A stretch of DNA of 64,000 bases, from NCBI RefSeq assembly GCF_006345805.1, contig NC_043003.1, forward strand, positions 40,362,001-40,426,000, given 5' to 3'. The position numbers were made by a program, and so were the translations under genes. The stretch comes from Octopus sinensis. Lineage: Eukaryota. The notes under the pieces were generated by a model, which saw nothing but the letters and a program-made list of their open reading frames with translations, did no database searches and had not been told where the DNA came from. Of the stretch, positions 24,492 through 38,641 are shown piece by piece. Position 1 is the first letter of the stretch. Every line of letters begins with the position of its first letter.

Positions 24492-27400
24492 ATGGTCAAG
24501 ATTGGTTGTGGGAATGCGCGTGGCTTGGGGTCTCCTTGGAAACAAGGATACCTCCTATTGACATAAAGTCACATGATTTGGGAATCATAGCCATAAGTGA
24601 GACCAGACTCCACGAGCCACGGGCCCTAAAGTCCATGTTTGGCGGACGTTTAACATTTATTTCGCGCCTGTCTGCCGAGGATGGGCGGTAGTGGCAACCG
24701 CGGTAACTTTTTCACAAGAGCCTGGATCTCGAAGTCAAGACGATATTCGTAGACCCGGAGGGTAGACTGGTCGTTCTGGATGTTGACGGCAGCAATGGGT
24801 GCGCTTTTCGACTCGTAGCAGTCTACGCACCGCCTTTAACAGGTCGGGCGGATTTCTTTCGACGTCTAGAAGTATTCTTGGGAAAGTCTCGTCCTTTACT
24901 CTAGTGGGGGATTGGAATGCTACCTTGGACACGCATGTAGACTAAGTGGGTAGAGGTAGAGACAAACAGAAGGGGATGCAAATGCCTCAGAGACCCTGCT
25001 CAGACGATTCCAACTGTCTGACAGGTACCGATCGACCACCCAAATGCACCAACGTGGACATGGAGCAACCGCAGTGGGTCGTCGAGATCGTATCTAGATA
25101 GGATACTGTGTAGGACAGTAGACAAGAGAAACTTAGGATGTCCACAATTCCACACAGTCAGCTACACGGATCACAAATTGGTGACGTGTACGCTAGACTT
25201 AGATAAGGCACATAGACAGGGTCCTGGGTACTGGAAACTGAACGCATCATTCCCGTCAGACAAGTTTTCAGAGACCGGATTAGCACACTAGTAAAGAGGG
25301 CTTTGACGGGAGCCATCATCAACAACAAATGGTGGTTTGCCCTCAAGAGAGCAGTAAAAGCAGAAGCGATTAGGTACAGCAAATCACTAGCCATAGATAG
25401 AATAGAGTAGAGGGTGAGCTAGTTAAGAAGCTAGAGAGGCAATTAGAAGCGCATCGCATCCGACGTTTTGGCGGCGAGGTTGGCCCTCGACCAACACTTC
25501 AACGCCAAACACGAAGGATGTGCTGTCAGAGCTAGGATGCGTGCTCTAAGGAACGAAGTGTTGGAGCCGCGAGAGAGGCCCGGGTGGCAGAGGCGCAACA
25601 AGGCAAAAAAGCCACCATTCGGTCACTGTAGATGAACAGGGGCGTGAATTGCTCGAGCCAAGTAAAATGTGTGAGGCCTTTCAGCAGCATTTTGCCCGAC
25701 TGTTCGGGACGAGTGGAGGGCAAGAACGTAGGGTGGACTTCAGTGCCTACCTACATAGCCTGCCACGACTCTCGACAAGAAAGGCAGGGTGCTGCGAAGG
25801 TGCCATCACGGCGGCGGAAGTGCAGGAAGCGATAGCAGAATGCTCGAGAGACAAATCACGGGTTTGGATGGTCTACCCTACGAGTTTTACAATTGTATGC
25901 CAGACTTGTTGGGGACGTCTTGGCAGCGGTATACTGCAACTGGCAGCAAAACGGGAGCATACCCGGTTTTGTGAGTCGAGGAGCTGTAACTCTGCTGAAG
26001 AAAGATCCAAACAAGGGAAACATTATAGATAACTTTAGACCAATCACGCTGCTCAATGCAGACCTGAAAATTTTGACAAAGGGTGTTAGCCAAGAGGTTG
26101 GCGCTTGTCATCGAGAAACTGGTCGACAACGCACAAACGTGCGCCGTGCCGGGCCGGAGCATCCATGACAAACTCCATCTGATGCGCTACATCATAGACA
26201 GGGTAGTTAACGAACCTGGCATGGTGGGGCCCTGATATCAACGATCAATCGAAAGCCTTTGATAGGGTTAGACCATCGATACTTGGAGGCAGTCCTGAGA
26301 GCGGCTGGTTTCGGTCCCGTCTTCCGCGGCTGGATAGCTGCCTTGTACAGAGGCATCCGTTCGGTAATTCGCGTAAATGGACATCTATCGAGACCTTTCG
26401 ACATTGCACGTTCGGTCCGTCAGGGATGCCCCCTCTCGGCGCTTCTATACGTATTGACTCTTGAGCCACTACGCGGAAGCTGGCGACTCTAAGGGGCATC
26501 CCGCGAGAATTGGGATGCGGGACGAGCGTGTTTCATACGCGGACGACGTCACCGTCATAGTGTCAAGCCACGAGCACATCGAGCGGGTCGGCGAGACACT
26601 GAAAGACTACGAAGCGGTGACAGGAGCAAAAATCAACCGGGAAAAGTCAGTGGGCTTGCGACTCGGCACCTGGAGAAGCAAGCCCATGCCGTCCACCAGT
26701 ACCTCCGTCGTGGGACGCTGGACAGACGGCCCGGTTGAGTTGCTCGGGGTCTGGTTCGGTCCGGACCTACAAATGGAGAAGAACTGGAACGAGATAACGA
26801 GTAGGATGGTCACTCTCGCCCAGCAATGGGCCGAGAGGAAACTGTCCCTAAAGGTCGGGCGGAGGTGGTGAACGCGTACATCGCGTCCATCATCTACTAC
26901 CGCCTGACCGTCGTACCTTGTCCCGACCCTACCATCACCAAAACTAGAACGCATCCTCTTCCGCTTCTTGTGGAAAGGATGCGTCCCGATGGTCAGGCGA
27001 TCCATTTGCTGTCAACACCCGTTAAAAGGAGGGCTGGGCATGCCGTGGTTGATGATGCGCAGACACGCGCTGAGACTGCGACATCTCCGGCTCTATGTAG
27101 ACGACGGTGAACAGGTGTGGTCGCCGTTTGTGAGGCACGCATTCCCGCAACTCGTCTCCATGACCGAACTACAGTCGTGGATCAAAAAGACGTGTTCCGG
27201 CGCTCGGTTTATCAGCCGAGTCTATCGTTAATATCGTCACGCCTCCTTCCTTCAAACGGGAAGGAAGAGCTATTTTTATCATACTTGTGGCTATGGCGAA
27301 AGAATGTATCTGGGGGACGCGCCTGAAAGGATTAGAGACAAACACTTTCCTCTCTGGTCAATCTCTCATCAACTTCTTCAAGTATCACTTGAAGAGGAAA

Positions 27401-27514
27401 GTGAGAGTAGAGAGGCAAGTTTGTCTAGTGAATGTTTAAAAAAAAGATGGGTGAATGTGTAGCAAGGATGGCACGTATGAATGACGAAGCCACCTTGACT
27501 ATGATTCTATGTAA
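24492..27514 (+). pseudogene. Tx1 LINE ORF2: APE endonuclease plus reverse transcriptase (frameshifted)
   Basis: Motifs MVKIGCGN.RGL, IIAISETR, LVAVYAP, GDWNA, YWKLN, FRPITLLNADLKIL, SKAFDRxDH, VRQGCPLS, YADD, and C-terminal AKECIWGTRLKGLETNTFLSGQSLINFFKYHLKRKVRVER. Confidence 0.92.
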
Positions 27515-27927
27515 CCGTAAAAATTAATACAGAGAGTTGCTTATTTGCAAAAAAAAAGAAATATAAATGTGACTTCATTGACCGAGGTTACCGTGGTCTT
27601 TTCCGTAGGCTTTTCTTTCCACGGGTAAACTCACCTGTTCTCCCCCTTTACACTTCAGATTGACATTTCTGTGATAACGATCCCTATTGATCAATTCTTT
27701 TGCTCTCCCCCCACCTTTTTTTATTTATTTATTTATTTATTAGTTTTTTTATTAACCCCTCCCTTTTTTGTCCTCTTTTTCTTTCCTTTTACGATCCCTT
27801 TTGATCGAAAACCACCACTCCCTTTTTTTTACCCCCAAAGAAAAGCTCTACCTTGTAATTTGTTCTATCTGTGTGCAGCCCTGTGTGGCTAATAAAGAAA
27901 CATATCTATCTTCTCTCTATCTATCTA

Positions 27928-27976
<49 letters not shown>

Positions 27977-28434
27977 GTCTGTCTGTCTGTCTTTTACCCC
28001 CTCCATCCTTCCCTCTCCTTCCATCCCTCTCTCCCCATCACCCTTCCTTCCTTCCCGTCCCTTCCTCCTTCCCTCCCCTCTCTTCCCACCATTTCCCCTT
28101 TCCCCCTACCTACCTAGCGGTGTAAGGGAGGAACAAACATAGACACAAAGGCACACACACACACACACACACACAACACACACACACACACACACTACAC
28201 GCGCACACGTATATATATACGATGGACTTCTTTCAGTTTCTGTCTACCAAATCCACTCTCGAAGCTTTGGTCGGTCTGAGGCTTATAGCAGAAGACGCCT
28301 GCCCGAGGTGACACGCAGTGGGACTGAACCAAGATCCATGTGGTTAAGAAACAAACTTCTTACCATACTGTTGCGATTGACTATGCATAGTGCATGTGCG
28401 TAATACACATACACGCACAAATATACAGAACACA

Positions 28435-28675
28435 CACACTATTTCTTTACTACCCACAAGGGGCTAAACACAGAGGGGACAAACAGGGACAGACAAACGG
28501 ATTAAGTCGATTATATCGACCCCAGTGCATAACTGGTACTTATTTAATCGACCCCGAACGGATGAAAGGTTAAGTCGACCTCGGCGGAATTTGAACTCAG
28601 AACGTAACGGCAGACGTAATACGGCTACGCATTTCGCCTGGCGTGCTTAACGTTTCTGCCAGCTCGCCGCCTTTA
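28435..28675 (-). mobile_element. Family A SINE
   Basis: Near-identical to 3193-3414 and 1-166. Confidence 0.85.
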
Positions 28676-28688
28676 CAGAACACACACA

Positions 28689-28759
<71 letters not shown>

Positions 28760-29218
28760 TTGTTTGGTATTCAGATGACATCTTTTATAGAAGACTTATT
28801 TTCATATTTTGTTCTGTTTGGTCTGTTACGTTCTAAGTGTGAACAGCCTTGTTAATCTCTTTGGTAAGATTAAAGTGTGAAAATAGGATGGATGAAAGAC
28901 GGAAAAATTACTTTAGAAACAACAGTATACTAACGGTCATAATTGCTGGAGAGACAATCGATGCGCAGTTCGATTCCTTGCAAAAGGCTTCCCTTCTTCC
29001 CGTCCTAGGGTTTTAAACTTTATAACCTTATGTATTATGAGCAACTATTTGTTACTTGATTGGTATACGGAATGCACCGTTTAAAGGAGACACATGCATA
29101 CATAAATACGTATATACATAAACATACATGCATACGTACATACGTACGTACATACATACATGTATATAATAGTATACATATGCGCGCACGTGTGTGTGTA
29201 TATATATATTCACAAATA

Positions 29219-29260
<42 letters not shown>

Positions 29261-29272
29261 ATATATATATAC

Positions 29273-29342
<70 letters not shown>

Positions 29343-30673
29343 ATGTATATTGCGTATGTATACACACACTCACATGCACATATTATCCATGAGAGTCTCA
29401 ATGTGTGTGTTTGTATGTAAGTTATTAGAATGTATAATTTGCATGCAGTTGTATACACGTGCGCGCGTGAGTGAGTGTGCGAGTGCTTGTTTGCGTGTGT
29501 TTCTGCATAAATGATCTTGAATGTCTATGTGTGTGTGTCTGTATACGATATATCCTGATTTCTAAGAGTTTTTTTTTTTATTAAAAAAGAAATATATACG
29601 TCAAAACATACAAGAAAATAATAATAAAAAATTTGACAAAGATGAAACAACATGAAATCACAATATATGCCCAGCAAATACATACAAGAGAATAGATAAA
29701 TATATAGATATAAAAATATATATACCATGCGACTATCGATCAGTAAAATCGAAATTATAAAAGAGAAAACAGCATATATATACATAAATACAAACACACA
29801 CATACATGCATACATACAAATCTATACATACATGCATATGTATATATACACACACATATATATATAATATATATGTAAACACACATACACACATACATAT
29901 ATATATATACATATATATATATACATATATATACATACATGCATACATACATATATATATATATACACATATATATATATACACACACACACTCCAAAAA
30001 GACCCACCACGCCTTCTTAATAATCGAAACAATTGTTTAATCCAACCCATTAAATCTAAACATAAATATTTTCGAAACCATTGAAAAGAACAGCAAATAC
30101 ATAAATATATATAAATATATATACGTAAAAACGAAAAAATAAATGAAAATATATACCCAGTACCTCGCCTTCCTGTTGTCTCTTTTACAGAGCCGCAAGA
30201 TACGATATACTTACCTCCCTTGTCTCGTGTCTACCATCCCTTTCCTTTAACACCAAATAATATAAGAAGCAATAATGAACTTCACCTCTCGCCACCGGAA
30301 AAAATATTTTGCAAAATTATTTTTCTTCGACGTTTTACTTTATTTCGGTATTTATTTCTTTAATTTTTGTTTTGAAGCTCTGTTTTCAAAATTTTCATTT
30401 TTATTTCATGTTTAAAACCAATCCTTTGGAGAACTTTCTTATCAACACAAATCTAAAAAGATGATTTATATGTGTATATAACATACAAACACACATAGAC
30501 ACGCGCATTTATACGCACGGACACACAAATATTCAGACACATATGTATACATTCATTCGTTTGATATACTTCAATACTCATATGTGGAAATTTACCGATA
30601 CAAAAATGAGCAGGGTTATATATGTGTGCCTTTATACACGTACACAGACAGACGCAAAAATACATGTCTGTAC

Positions 30674-30742
<69 letters not shown>

Positions 30743-31048
30743 TATATGTTTATATATATATATATGTATATATATGCATATATGCATGCGTGTACGTTTT
30801 GCGTGTTCATTGTGTGTATCGAAAAATTTTTAATCAATTCTGAAAAGCCAATCATTGTTTGGTTTCAAAGATCCTTTCATCTGACACCTCACTTCACCTA
30901 AATCACACTTATTTTGCTCCCAAGACCAATGGCGCCAGATCGAACCACGCGTCCAACCGACATCACATCAGTCCACATTTGCGACCCCCATCTACGTATA
31001 TATATATGAGTGTATGTATGTTTATGTGTGTGTATGTGTGTGTATGTA

Positions 31049-31148
<100 letters not shown>

Positions 31149-31514
31149 ATATGTATGGTGTGTGCCAGTAGAATTAATAGATCACAGACAATAAATAAAA
31201 TTCAAAATACGAATGGATACATTTTATTACTTTTTATCGGCAGAAGTTACAAAGTAACTGAAGGGCCGAAATTTTCGCTATGCACGAAGCTCTCGGCCTC
31301 TTAGTGACTTAGAGAAAGTCACTAAACTTTCTCCGATGAAAAGAAAAAATAGAAAATAGTTTCAAATTTTGGCACTAGGCTAGCAGTTTCAGGGTAGTGG
31401 GCTAATTCTATTACATCGAACCTGTACTCAATTGGTACTTATTTAATCGACTCTGAAGTGCAAAGTCGACCTCGGCGCAATTTGAACTCAGAAAATAATG
31501 ACGGAGGAAATACC

Positions 31515-31576
<62 letters not shown>

Positions 31577-31578
<2 letters not shown>

Positions 31579-32127
31579 GCCTTGATGCTGTCCCAGGCAC
31601 TGACTCTCATGGCTTCTGAGCTTAAATGACTGGAAGTGTTATCATGTAGATGTTTTGTCTTGGTGTAAAAGATGTGCTACCGCAAATATTTTGCTCAGTA
31701 CCACAGATCTACTTGTCAGTTGTTTGAACTTAACCAGTTGAGCATGTCTTTGAGTGGCCGACGATATGTATATCTCTGATCACGAGCAGAAGTAGTGGAG
31801 AAGCTTCATAGCCATGTGTTGAGAGGAATTCTTTGGGGCTTGAATAAGTCACCTGTGGAAAGATGGGTGTTTCTTTCAACATCCTTAAACAATCTTTATT
31901 CAGGGACCTTTTGAGCTGGATGGGCCACTCGACCTGAAGAAAATTCTAATTGGGCCCCACTGTGCAGTCATGTGCTGTTTATCTATGAGATTACCATGTC
32001 GTGCACATTTAGTTGTGACGGACGTGCCTTGTGTACCCTTATCAGACGGGTAGTTATAATGGGTATACTGGGCTTCGTATATTTGTATCCCAGCGTCACT
32101 TTGATGGCACGCATTGCTCTCTCGCTC

Positions 32128-32128
<1 letters not shown>
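31577..32128. mobile_element. ~550-bp non-coding interspersed repeat embedded in (TAA)n
   Basis: A GC-richer block with sharp ends against (TAA)n on both sides. I recognise it as a common octopus repeat; classification (LINE 3' end or derivative) is uncertain. Confidence 0.45.
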
Positions 32129-32170
<42 letters not shown>

Positions 32171-32208
32171 TAATAATAACAATAATAATAATAATAATGA
32201 TAATAATA

Positions 32209-32239
<31 letters not shown>

Positions 32240-32240
<1 letters not shown>

Positions 32241-33190
32241 AATATCGAACTCGAAGGCATAATGAGATGCCTATCCCAAAGTAAGAAAACCTTGCTAGTG
32301 TCAGTTAGGAATGAGGGAGTATTGAAAGCAGAGAATAAAAGGAGAGCAAAGGAAGAAGTACAAAAGGGACATGGAGAAGCATTAAGCAAGAAGGGACTAT
32401 CAATTCCATGGAACCCCAAAAGAAGTTGCTGGAAAATATAAATGAGATTGGCTGAAGAAAGGAACACTATAAAAGACAGACTAAGAGCAGTATACTGGCA
32501 CCGCAAGACCGGTCAACCGTAGGAATGAGCAAGTGTCTCTGCTGTACCGCATCTGTAACAGAGTGGACGAAACAAGTGCCCAAAATCATTACAAGTTGTA
32601 GCAACAAGATCAGGTAGCGAAAGTGCGACATTGGAAACTGTGCGAAAAGTGGGGGCTAGCGAGAGGCAAGAGTGGTATGAGCACACACTGCAGCGAGTGG
32701 CAGAGTCGAAGGCTTGCAAAATGCTCTAGTATTTCCAAATCCAAACAGATCAGGTGTTAGAGTATAACAGATCGGACCTAGTGGTGGTGTCAAGATGAAC
32801 TACATGTGCTATATAACTGATGTTGTATATTCCTTTAACCCACAAATAGTCAAGAACGAAGGCGAAAAAATAGATAAATACAACCCTTTTGAGTACGAAA
32901 GAACTCGGCTATGAAAAATGAAGAAAGTGAAGATGATGCCAATCATTGTTGGGTCCTTGGGGACAGTATCAGAAGGCATCAAGAGAAATATAAAAGAAAT
33001 CGGAATTGAGTGCCCAGTAAAACTGTTACAAAAGGTTTGCCTCCTTGCCACGACCAGAAAAATTAGGATAGTAGTAGATAGTTGAAAAGAACAGATAGCG
33101 TAGTACCGTAGGCTGCAGGCAGCAAACCCGTTACGCATGCAAGATTCCAGGAGCTCCAACAACACCTGAAATAAAAAGAAATAATAATCC
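32240..33190 (+). mobile_element. R4/Dong-like LINE 3' fragment (zinc-knuckle region plus RLE)
   Basis: Degenerate frames give a CCHC-like region near 32530-32600, then RSDLVVV, KIDKY and KMMPIIVGSLGTVSEGIKRNIKEIGIECPVKLLQKVCLLATTRKIR. The element ends in AATAAA followed by AATAATAAT. Confidence 0.75.
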
Positions 33191-33480
33191 TTTCTACTGG
33201 AGGCACAAAGCCTGAAATTTTACGGGAGGGGGATAGTCGAATACATTGACCCCAGTACTCAACTGGTACTTATTTTATCGATCCCGAAGGGATGAAAAGC
33301 AAAGTCAGCCTCAGTGGAATTTGAACTTGGAACGTAAGGAGGGACGAAATGCCGCTAAGCTTTTTGCCCAGCGTGCAAACGATTCTGTCAGCGCACAGCC
33401 TTCATAATAATCCCCTCTACTATAGACACAAAGCCTGAAATTTTGGGGGAGGGGACTAGTCGATTAGTCAGGTGTGTCAA
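33185..33480 (-). mobile_element. Family A SINE plus a partial second copy
   Basis: Family A motifs. Confidence 0.8.
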
Positions 33481-33844
33481 GCAGTGTTTAGTAGGGTGTG
33501 TTCAAAGTGCTGTTACAAATATCTCCATCAATCTAAAAAACGGCAGATCAGCTTATTAGATGTATAGAAATGATATACTGAAATTGAAATAATCTGGGGC
33601 AGTTATGACTGCCTCTCTTAAAAAAGTATCAAAACTTCTGGAATGCACATCGAATAATCAGACAGTCTAGTCGTATCTTCTATTCTGTTAGAATGTTTTT
33701 TGAGTACATTATTTAATATGTTAAAGACGGTAGAATTTGGTTTGTGTATGATTTGACTGTTATTTGGGGTGGCTCAAGCGACGAAACGGAAGGTTCTTTC
33801 TGTCACATGGTCTTCTATTTTCTTACAAATGATCACAGTAGATA

Positions 33845-34835
33845 TTGAGTTTCAAATTTTGGCACAAGCAATTTCAAGGGAAGGGGTCAGTCGATTACAT
33901 CGATTACAGTGTTCAACTGGTACATATTTTATCGACTGCGAAAGAGCGAAAGGCAAAGTCACCTTCGGCTGAATTTGAACTCAGAACGTGAAGTCGGACG
34001 GTATGCCGATAAGCATTTTACCCGACGTGCTAATGAGTCTGCCAGCACGCCGCCTTAATAGCAGTAAATATCAATTTCAAATTTTAGCATACGGCCAGTA
34101 ATTTCGGGGGAGAGGGTAAGTCGATTACATCGACCCCAGGGTTCAACTGGTACTTATTTTATCGACTGCGAACGGATGAAAGGCAACGTCGACCCCGGCG
34201 GTATTTGAATTCAGAGAAATATTGCTAAGCATTTTTCCGGTGCGGTAACGATTCTTTTCTACTCGAGGTACAAGACCCGAAATTTTGGGGGAGGGAGCCA
34301 GTCGATTAGATCGTTCCCAGTACGCAACTGGTACTTAATTTATTGAACCCCAAAAAGATGAAAGGCAAAGTCAACCTCGACGGAATTTGAACTCAGAACG
34401 TAGAGACAGACGAAATACATATTTCTTTACTACCCACAAGGGGCTAAACACAGAGAGGACAAACAAGGACAAACAAACGGATTAAGTCGATTACATCGAC
34501 CCCAGTGCGTAACTGGTACTTATTTAATCGACCACGAAAGGATGAAAGGCAAAGTCGACCTCGGCAGAATTTGAACTCAGAACGTAGCGGCAGACGAAAT
34601 GCCTATTTCTTTACTACCCACAAGGGGCTAAACACAGAGAGGACAAACAAGGACAGACACACGGGTTAAGTCGATTATATCGACCCTAGTGCGTAACTGG
34701 TACTTATTTAATCGACCCCGAAAGGATGAAAGGCTAAGTAGACCTCGGCAGAATTTGAACTCAGAACGTAACGGCAGATGAAATACCGTTGAGCATTTCG
34801 CCCGGCGTGCTAACGTTTCTGCCAGCTCGCCGCTT
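33845..34835 (-). mobile_element. Composite array of about five family A SINE units
   Basis: Repeated cores. The internal module recurs with a ~184-nt period (about 34420 and 34604), and the SINE head is at about 34832. Confidence 0.88.
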
Positions 34836-35863
34836 CAATCGCAGCAGCTATTGAGGCCACAAAATAAATCTGGGGATGTTGCACTCAGAAGAGAATACTA
34901 GCATTTATATCATTTCTCTGCTCTTCTACAATTCCCTGTGAACAATTTTTACAGCGTTACTCTATTGTTTCTTATATACTTAACAATCAATTTACTATCT
35001 CTAGTTACTATATCTGCTACGTTCTCACTTTTATCACATCCCACCACACTACTGAGATTCAGCGGTATTATATTGGTAGTTCTGAGAGCCTGATATTGAG
35101 CTTCAGAGATCTATAATTCCGTTTCAAGCCTTAAGTCTCATTCTCTTAATCCTTGACCACGATTTAACTACTTCAAAACTTTCATCCACCTTCCTGAAAA
35201 CCTGACCACACATGTATTTATTTATTCATTTATTTATTCATTTATTTATTTATTTCTATTTTCTAGTCGTCTCTGTATTTTCAAGATATCGCATTCCGAA
35301 TTCTTCAGGTGTTATGTATCCTTCAGTCAGAGCCATTCAGATTTTCTTATCGTTTTCCTACTTCGTAATTCTTTACCTTGCCACTTCTCATTTTTTTCTT
35401 TCTTCATAACTTTACGCCACTTCCCGTTCTTTCTTACAGATCCGCTTATTAGAAGGAGAAAAAAAAAAAAAATAATAGTAAAATCCAGTCAAGCAAGCAA
35501 ACAAACACTTCCCTTTCTTTATCGATGATTCTCGGCATCACACGCAGCTTTAAAACCTTCGGCTCTATGAAGATTATTCTTTCCCGCTCTTGAGCAATTT
35601 TTTCCACTCAATTTACTAAAGAATGGAAAAATATCGCTTCCAGAACATCCATCTGTCCAGAGAGGAAAGGAATACATTGCATGTCAAACTCTGATGATCA
35701 ATACTGATTTCATTCACACACATACATGGTAATGCACAAATACGCATATACGCATACTCAAATACATATTTACCCGCATATCTTCACAAATCCCCACACG
35801 TAAATACATGCACACCATACATGCACATACATGCATATGTATGCTTGTGTGTATATATATATA

Positions 35864-35956
<93 letters not shown>

Positions 35957-36624
35957 CATACATACATACATACATACATACATACATACATACATACATA
36001 CGCACATACATACATACACACATACATACATATATATGTGTGTGAGTGTGTATGCGTGTGTGAATATATTTATATATATATATATACACACATACATACA
36101 CACACGTGCATAGATACTGATAAAAGCACAGAAATACATGCTTAAACAGACATACATGTTCACATACGTACACACGTGACGTATATATACATGGAAACAC
36201 AAACACATACATAAACACATATACATATGAGAACACACACACACACACGTATAGATATATGTACATGAACGAATACACACATCCTTACTTGCACGTGTGC
36301 ATAGCTACATTATCACCTACACACATTTACATATACACTTAGGCACAAAGGTGATGTTAAAGAGAGTGTATGATATTTTCTGAAGCTTATGGGTTTTGCA
36401 TTAAAGTAATTGCACTGCAACTGTTGTGTTATATTTTTGCACAGTTCACTTCTGCATGAATCGGTTCATCAACGTGCCAGCAGTAAACTCGAAGCTAAGC
36501 TAACACTTTATCCAGGGAAACTATTAGCTCTCATGTATTTAAGGCATATAACAGAAGGGAAAGGGATCTGGCTGATCGTTATGATCCACGCAGAGTATCT
36601 GCAACATCAATATATATTAATTAA

Positions 36625-36840
36625 AAAAGCGGCGAGCTAGCAGAATCGCTGCAGCGCCGGGAAGAAAAATGCTTCACAGCATTTCGTCCTCCTGACGTTC
36701 TGTGTTCAAATTCCGCTGAGACTGACTTTGTCTTTCATCCTTTCGGAATCGATAAAATAAGTACCAGTTGAGCACTGGGACGATGTAATAGACTTACTCC
36801 GTCTCTGAAATTTCTGAATTTGCGCTAAAATTTGAAGCCA
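36625..36840 (+). mobile_element. Family A SINE (diverged)
   Basis: GCGGCGAGCTAGCAGAA head, GTTCAAATTCC, and core. Confidence 0.75.
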
Positions 36841-37042
36841 ATGTACACGAACAAACCTCAAATGTATTTGGTAAGATGGTAACAGTGGTGTAGGATAATT
36901 AAAAGTTGGAGAAAAAATAAATTGTTATACTTTGCCTGTTCCAGTCACTGGATTGCAACTATGCTAGGGCGATGGATTAAACAATTAATGGTCTAGTCGA
37001 ACAAATCTATCCCAGTATCCCAGTACATATTTTTCTGTTTCT

Positions 37043-37088
<46 letters not shown>

Positions 37089-37548
37089 GCACACACACAC
37101 ACACAACACACACACACACACGCGCGCGCGCGTATATAGGTAACTGTTTGTCGAAGAAGTATCTTGTGAATTGCTCGAAATACGGACTGGAAAAACAACC
37201 GACAACTGATGAAAAGTCGTTCTTTATATTGCTCGTCTTGTTTTCCATTTGTTTCTTTCATTGATCGCAAAAAGAAAATGTTCGTATTCAACGCTTTCGT
37301 ATTTCCTATTGTTTTCGTATTTCATGTTGTTTACGTTCTATGACGTCCTGTACCCATATATGCATATATGTATATATAATAAATGCAAGTATGCACATAT
37401 ACGTATGTTTATATGCGTATATATATACATATATATCTTATTTATATTTTTATTTTATAATATATATTCATCCATAAGTTGATAGTATCTATCAACTTAT
37501 CTATCAACTTATCTATCTATCTATCTATCTATCTATGTACACACACAC

Positions 37549-37579
<31 letters not shown>

Positions 37580-37626
37580 GTATATATGTATATGTATATA
37601 TATGTATATATATATATATATATATG

Positions 37627-37679
<53 letters not shown>

Positions 37680-37876
37680 TGGTTTCAGTTATTAGACTGC
37701 GGTTATGCTGGTACAACACCATCTTGAAGAATTTTAGTCGAACAAATCGATCGCAGTATTAATCTTTTTAAAACCTGGTGCTTATTCTGTCGTACTATTT
37801 TGCGAAACCGCTAGGCTACGGAGGCGTAAACAAACTAGCACAGTTATGGGCGATAAACAGAACACAGACACAAAGA

Positions 37877-37965
<89 letters not shown>

Positions 37966-38139
37966 TTAAGACGAATTTCTTTTAGTTTTCTCCAACCAAA
38001 TCTACTCACAAGGCATTTGTTTGTCCGCGGTTATGATAAAAAGGCTTGCCCAAGTTGCTACACAGTGAGATTGAACTCAAGACCACATGACTGGGAAACA
38101 AGCTTCTTACCCACACAACCACATCAGCGCCTATGAAAA

Positions 38140-38641
38140 CAGTCACCCCCCCTCCGAATGGGAAAATCTTCAAACAGATTTCTGACTTGTTTTGCAGAAT
38201 TTGTTGCAGTTGCTTCCTCCAGAGTCATATCCCAATGATGATCAAGTTCGTCGGAAAAAAATCATGTAAAAAAAAATGTCGCCGAAAACAATCCCAGTAA
38301 TGAAAACATAGGAATCCAAAATTTCATATTGCAGGTCCAGATTCGGCTCAGAATGTTTTTAATTTACTTACGGAGTTAGCCTTGAGATTATAAAAATTGT
38401 TATCGTACTAAAAAATTTGTCGCAAAAAGTAAAGTAAAAAAAAAAATCGCCGAAAAGAGTCAGTTATGAAAACTTGGGAAGCCAAAATTTCAGAGTTGTG
38501 AGTTTGGATTCGGCCCAGAATGTTTTTAATTTACTCACAGAATCAGTGTGATTCCCAAATGGTATAATATGTTGGGCTACGGCCTCTAGGAGTAAAGTTG
38601 AGAAAGTGTGGACACATGACATTCACATTTATTATATTAGA
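38140..38641 (-). mobile_element. Probable non-autonomous Helitron 5' portion with an internal ~165-bp duplication
   Basis: Minus strand starts A|TCTAATATAATAAATGTGAATG, a Helitron-like 5' end. Two diverged units tcgccgaaaa...cagaatgtttttaatttact lie at about 38278 and 38447. No 3' CTAG end is seen. Confidence 0.4.

Larger units (their letters stand above)
22216..27900 (+). mobile_element. Near-full-length Tx1/L1-clade LINE, frameshifted, with an internal deletion near 27190
   Basis: Two-ORF layout, APE endonuclease and RT motifs, conserved C-terminus, and a 3' UTR ending in AATAAA at 27891-27896. The 5' boundary is inferred from the end of the (TATC)n array. Confidence 0.88.

Noticed and set aside
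30215-30300. Possible first coding exon on the minus strand (ATG at 30237, MVDTRQG, GAG|GTAAGT donor)
   Set aside because: It has only 23 coding nt, an equally good plus-strand acceptor sits at 30190, and it is expected by chance in 64 kb.
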